From the human T2T-CHM13v2.0 reference genome, Homo sapiens, in NCBI RefSeq assembly GCF_009914755.1, contig NC_060926.1: DNA of 64,000 bases. One strand, 5' to 3'. A program made the translations under genes and the position numbers. Shown here piece by piece: positions 60,663 to 64,000 of this stretch. The stretch's first letter is position 1. Each line of letters starts with the position of its first letter. The notes beneath the pieces are model-generated. The model saw only the letters and a program-made list of their open reading frames with translations, was not told the origin of the DNA and did no database searches.

Positions 60663-61969
60663 TATATTTTTATTTTCACATTTTGGAAAAAAAATGGGCA
60701 AACATTGCTGTTGTTTTTATAGTTCTGCTAGGAGTTTCTAGTTGGTACTAATAATGTTCCTGTTTTATTGTCCATCAGGGCTATCCCTGAGCATAGCTAT
60801 GGCATTGTCACACTTCCACATCTCTTCATATCTGAAGTATGCCATCATATTTACACAACTCTCTTCGAGCTAGGCTTCAATTTTTTTTTTCCTCCAACAG
60901 ATATTCATAGTGGGAATATTCCATGTGACTAGGGATAAATGTTGAAAAATTGGTAGTCATGTAACAGACTTGCCAATAGCTAATCGAAATGTTTGTATAC
61001 CTTCTCTTGGCTTGGTCCTTTGTGCTGACATAATCTGCTTGTATATCTTACTTTGTAGCTTGGTGTTAAGAATGCATTAGTTTATAACGAAAAGCTTGAA
61101 ATGTGGTTACCTGAGGTTCCATAATCACATCTTTGTTGATCAAGTGGAGCCAGAAGCAAGAACTATCCCTCAGATGAGGAGCAGTAAATTGATAAAGAGG
61201 GCATTATTTTGCCCCCAAACATAGGAGCTTCCGTTGGGATTATTTGGTGTTTGACACAGGCTGTATACAGTAGTCAGATCAACCACAACTAATTTCAACT
61301 TGCTTTCTGGCAATGTGACAGAAATATTTACAGTGCAGCCTGGAAACTAGGTAGCCTTCTCTTGTAACAAGCATCAGATAAAGCTGTTATCCTTTTGCGT
61401 TAACAATTGGGAAAGAAAAGCCCTCTCCATGTATGATGCCTACAAAAGCAGGAGAGACTACATAAAGCTGAGACAGGTGATAAAGTAGAATCACTGGATT
61501 AGCTAGTTTCAATACTATTTCTCACATTCTCAGATTTCAAAATACAAAAAAAGTGCATTGGCTAGATTGAACACCACTGAAAGACCAACTGAACATTAGC
61601 TATAATCATTGATAATATACTATCATTCTCTAAGACTGATCTAATTTTTCTGCACTGGTAAAATTGGATTTTAAATAAGAAAGCTCTAGGAATCGTTACC
61701 CTTGAGGATTTGACATCTTTAACACTGATGGTAGTATTTGTGATTTGCCTCTGTCCCTCCCTCAGTCTCACTCCTAGAATATGATAAACTTTTGACTTAA
61801 ATTTTGGTGAAGAGGAAGCTTCAGATTCTTCTACTTGGCTCTTCACATAATAGTCTCTAAGGGTGATCTTGAGAGTTAGTATATTTACTCTAACTTTCTT
61901 AATCCCACGACTCTTTACATACAGCTTTCTTTTTTTCTGCTCTTTTGGGTAACAAAAACATTGGAAAAT

Positions 61970-62680
<711 letters not shown>

Positions 62681-63779
62681 AACAAAACTTGAAGGATTTG
62701 TTTATGTTCACTGTTCCTAGTACATCTTCTTCCATGTTTTTTTGTAAATTCATTCTAATTTTTAAAAAGTAAACGTTAGGATTAAGAAATAATTACACAC
62801 ACCCATTTCAAAAATTTTAATCACTTAAATGTTAAAATACTGCAATGACCCCCATTAATTTAGGATTAAAACCAGACTTTTAAAAATGACTTTTCGATGC
62901 CCTTGAAGTTTACTTTCAAAATATGTATCAAAATAAATTTTTGATCATTCTTTAATTGTTGTATGAATTTGCTGTAAACACCTGCCATGTTATCACCACT
63001 TAAAACTGAACTTTATTACATTATGTTCCAGAATCATTACATGCTTTCTTACCTCCATTCTTTATCTCTCTAACTCTTACATAAAGTTATAATTTATATA
63101 TTAAACTTATGGCATATGGATTCATAGAAGCCTATAGTAGCCCTAACATGAAGCTTGTAATTCTGCATTAATTATAAATTCTTATTACCATTTTATCTTC
63201 CTCCATAGCAACAATAGCAACTACAATAATACATAGAATCTGTAAGGAATAGATGTGAGGAGAATTTGACTGATTGATTCTTCTTTTGCAAATCTTTTCA
63301 TACTGGTTTCTGGTAGCAGGCTATACACTATATACTAAAATAATAATTTATTAATACTGTAAAAATGAAATCTGTGTATATTTTGAAATGCCACCTTCTG
63401 GTGTGATATATGCATGTTTCTATGTATGCACATGTATATAATAATATAGAATGTGGTGACCCTCAAGGCAATGAAAGGCATTTTAAATCTGAATGAGAAA
63501 TAGATGGTTTCTTCTTAATTCTATTGCATTCTGTTTCTTGTTCTGGAGAATTGTTGTTGTCAAAACTGATTAAGAATCCAATAGCATGGACATCTTATAT
63601 TCAATAGATTTATCATTTGCAAAGTTCCATTCATGCATGCTGGTAGATAGGCACCACTGCCTCTCATGCTTCTCCCATAGATGAGTTTTCTCTTAATATT
63701 TTTGTTGTGGTCAGCTTTGCTTTTAGTAGGGCAAATCAGTAAGACCTAAAAAAAAAAAACTTACAAACTAAACAAGAAA

Positions 63780-63995
63780 AATGATAACTCTTAACAGCTA
63801 TTACTAGTAGCCAGGCTCTGTGCTAAGCACTGAATATTAATGTTATGGTGAAAATAAAAGAGATAGTAAATGTGTTGTTTATATTTAGGTTTTAAAGATA
63901 AGGAAATTGAGGCTTTAGAGAGGTTGAGAAATTTTCCACAGATTACCATTTTAGGAAGTAGTAGAGAAAAACCTTTTTAAGCCAACCATTCTACC
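63780..63995 (-). mobile_element. MIR SINE
   Basis: GCCAGGCTCTGTGCTAAGCAC ... AAGATAAGGAAATTGAGGCTTTAGAGAGGTT. Confidence 0.75.
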
Positions 63996-64000
63996 TTCTA

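Overview
AT-rich, repeat-dense primate (human-like) genomic DNA, most likely intergenic or deep intronic. I see no supportable protein-coding gene: the long ORFs are decayed L1 ORF1/ORF2, MaLR internal sequence, Alu or low-complexity sequence. The window is a layered retroelement record. It contains a full-length THE1D-like provirus with a perfect TSD, a twin-primed inverted L1PA carrying an MLT2A1 LTR, and a MER11D-like solo LTR. It also has a near full-length but 3'-truncated L1PA7-like element with an LTR13 inserted just before ORF1, several MaLR solo LTRs, Alus, old L1M/L2/MIR fragments, a Ricksha DNA transposon with captured ERVL sequence, and a tailless 5S rRNA retrocopy. Subfamily names come from recalled consensus sequences, not a database search, and boundaries of old elements are approximate. 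I found no evidence of a new biological system. The notable items are unusual insertion and repair scars and possible LTR-derived regulatory sites.
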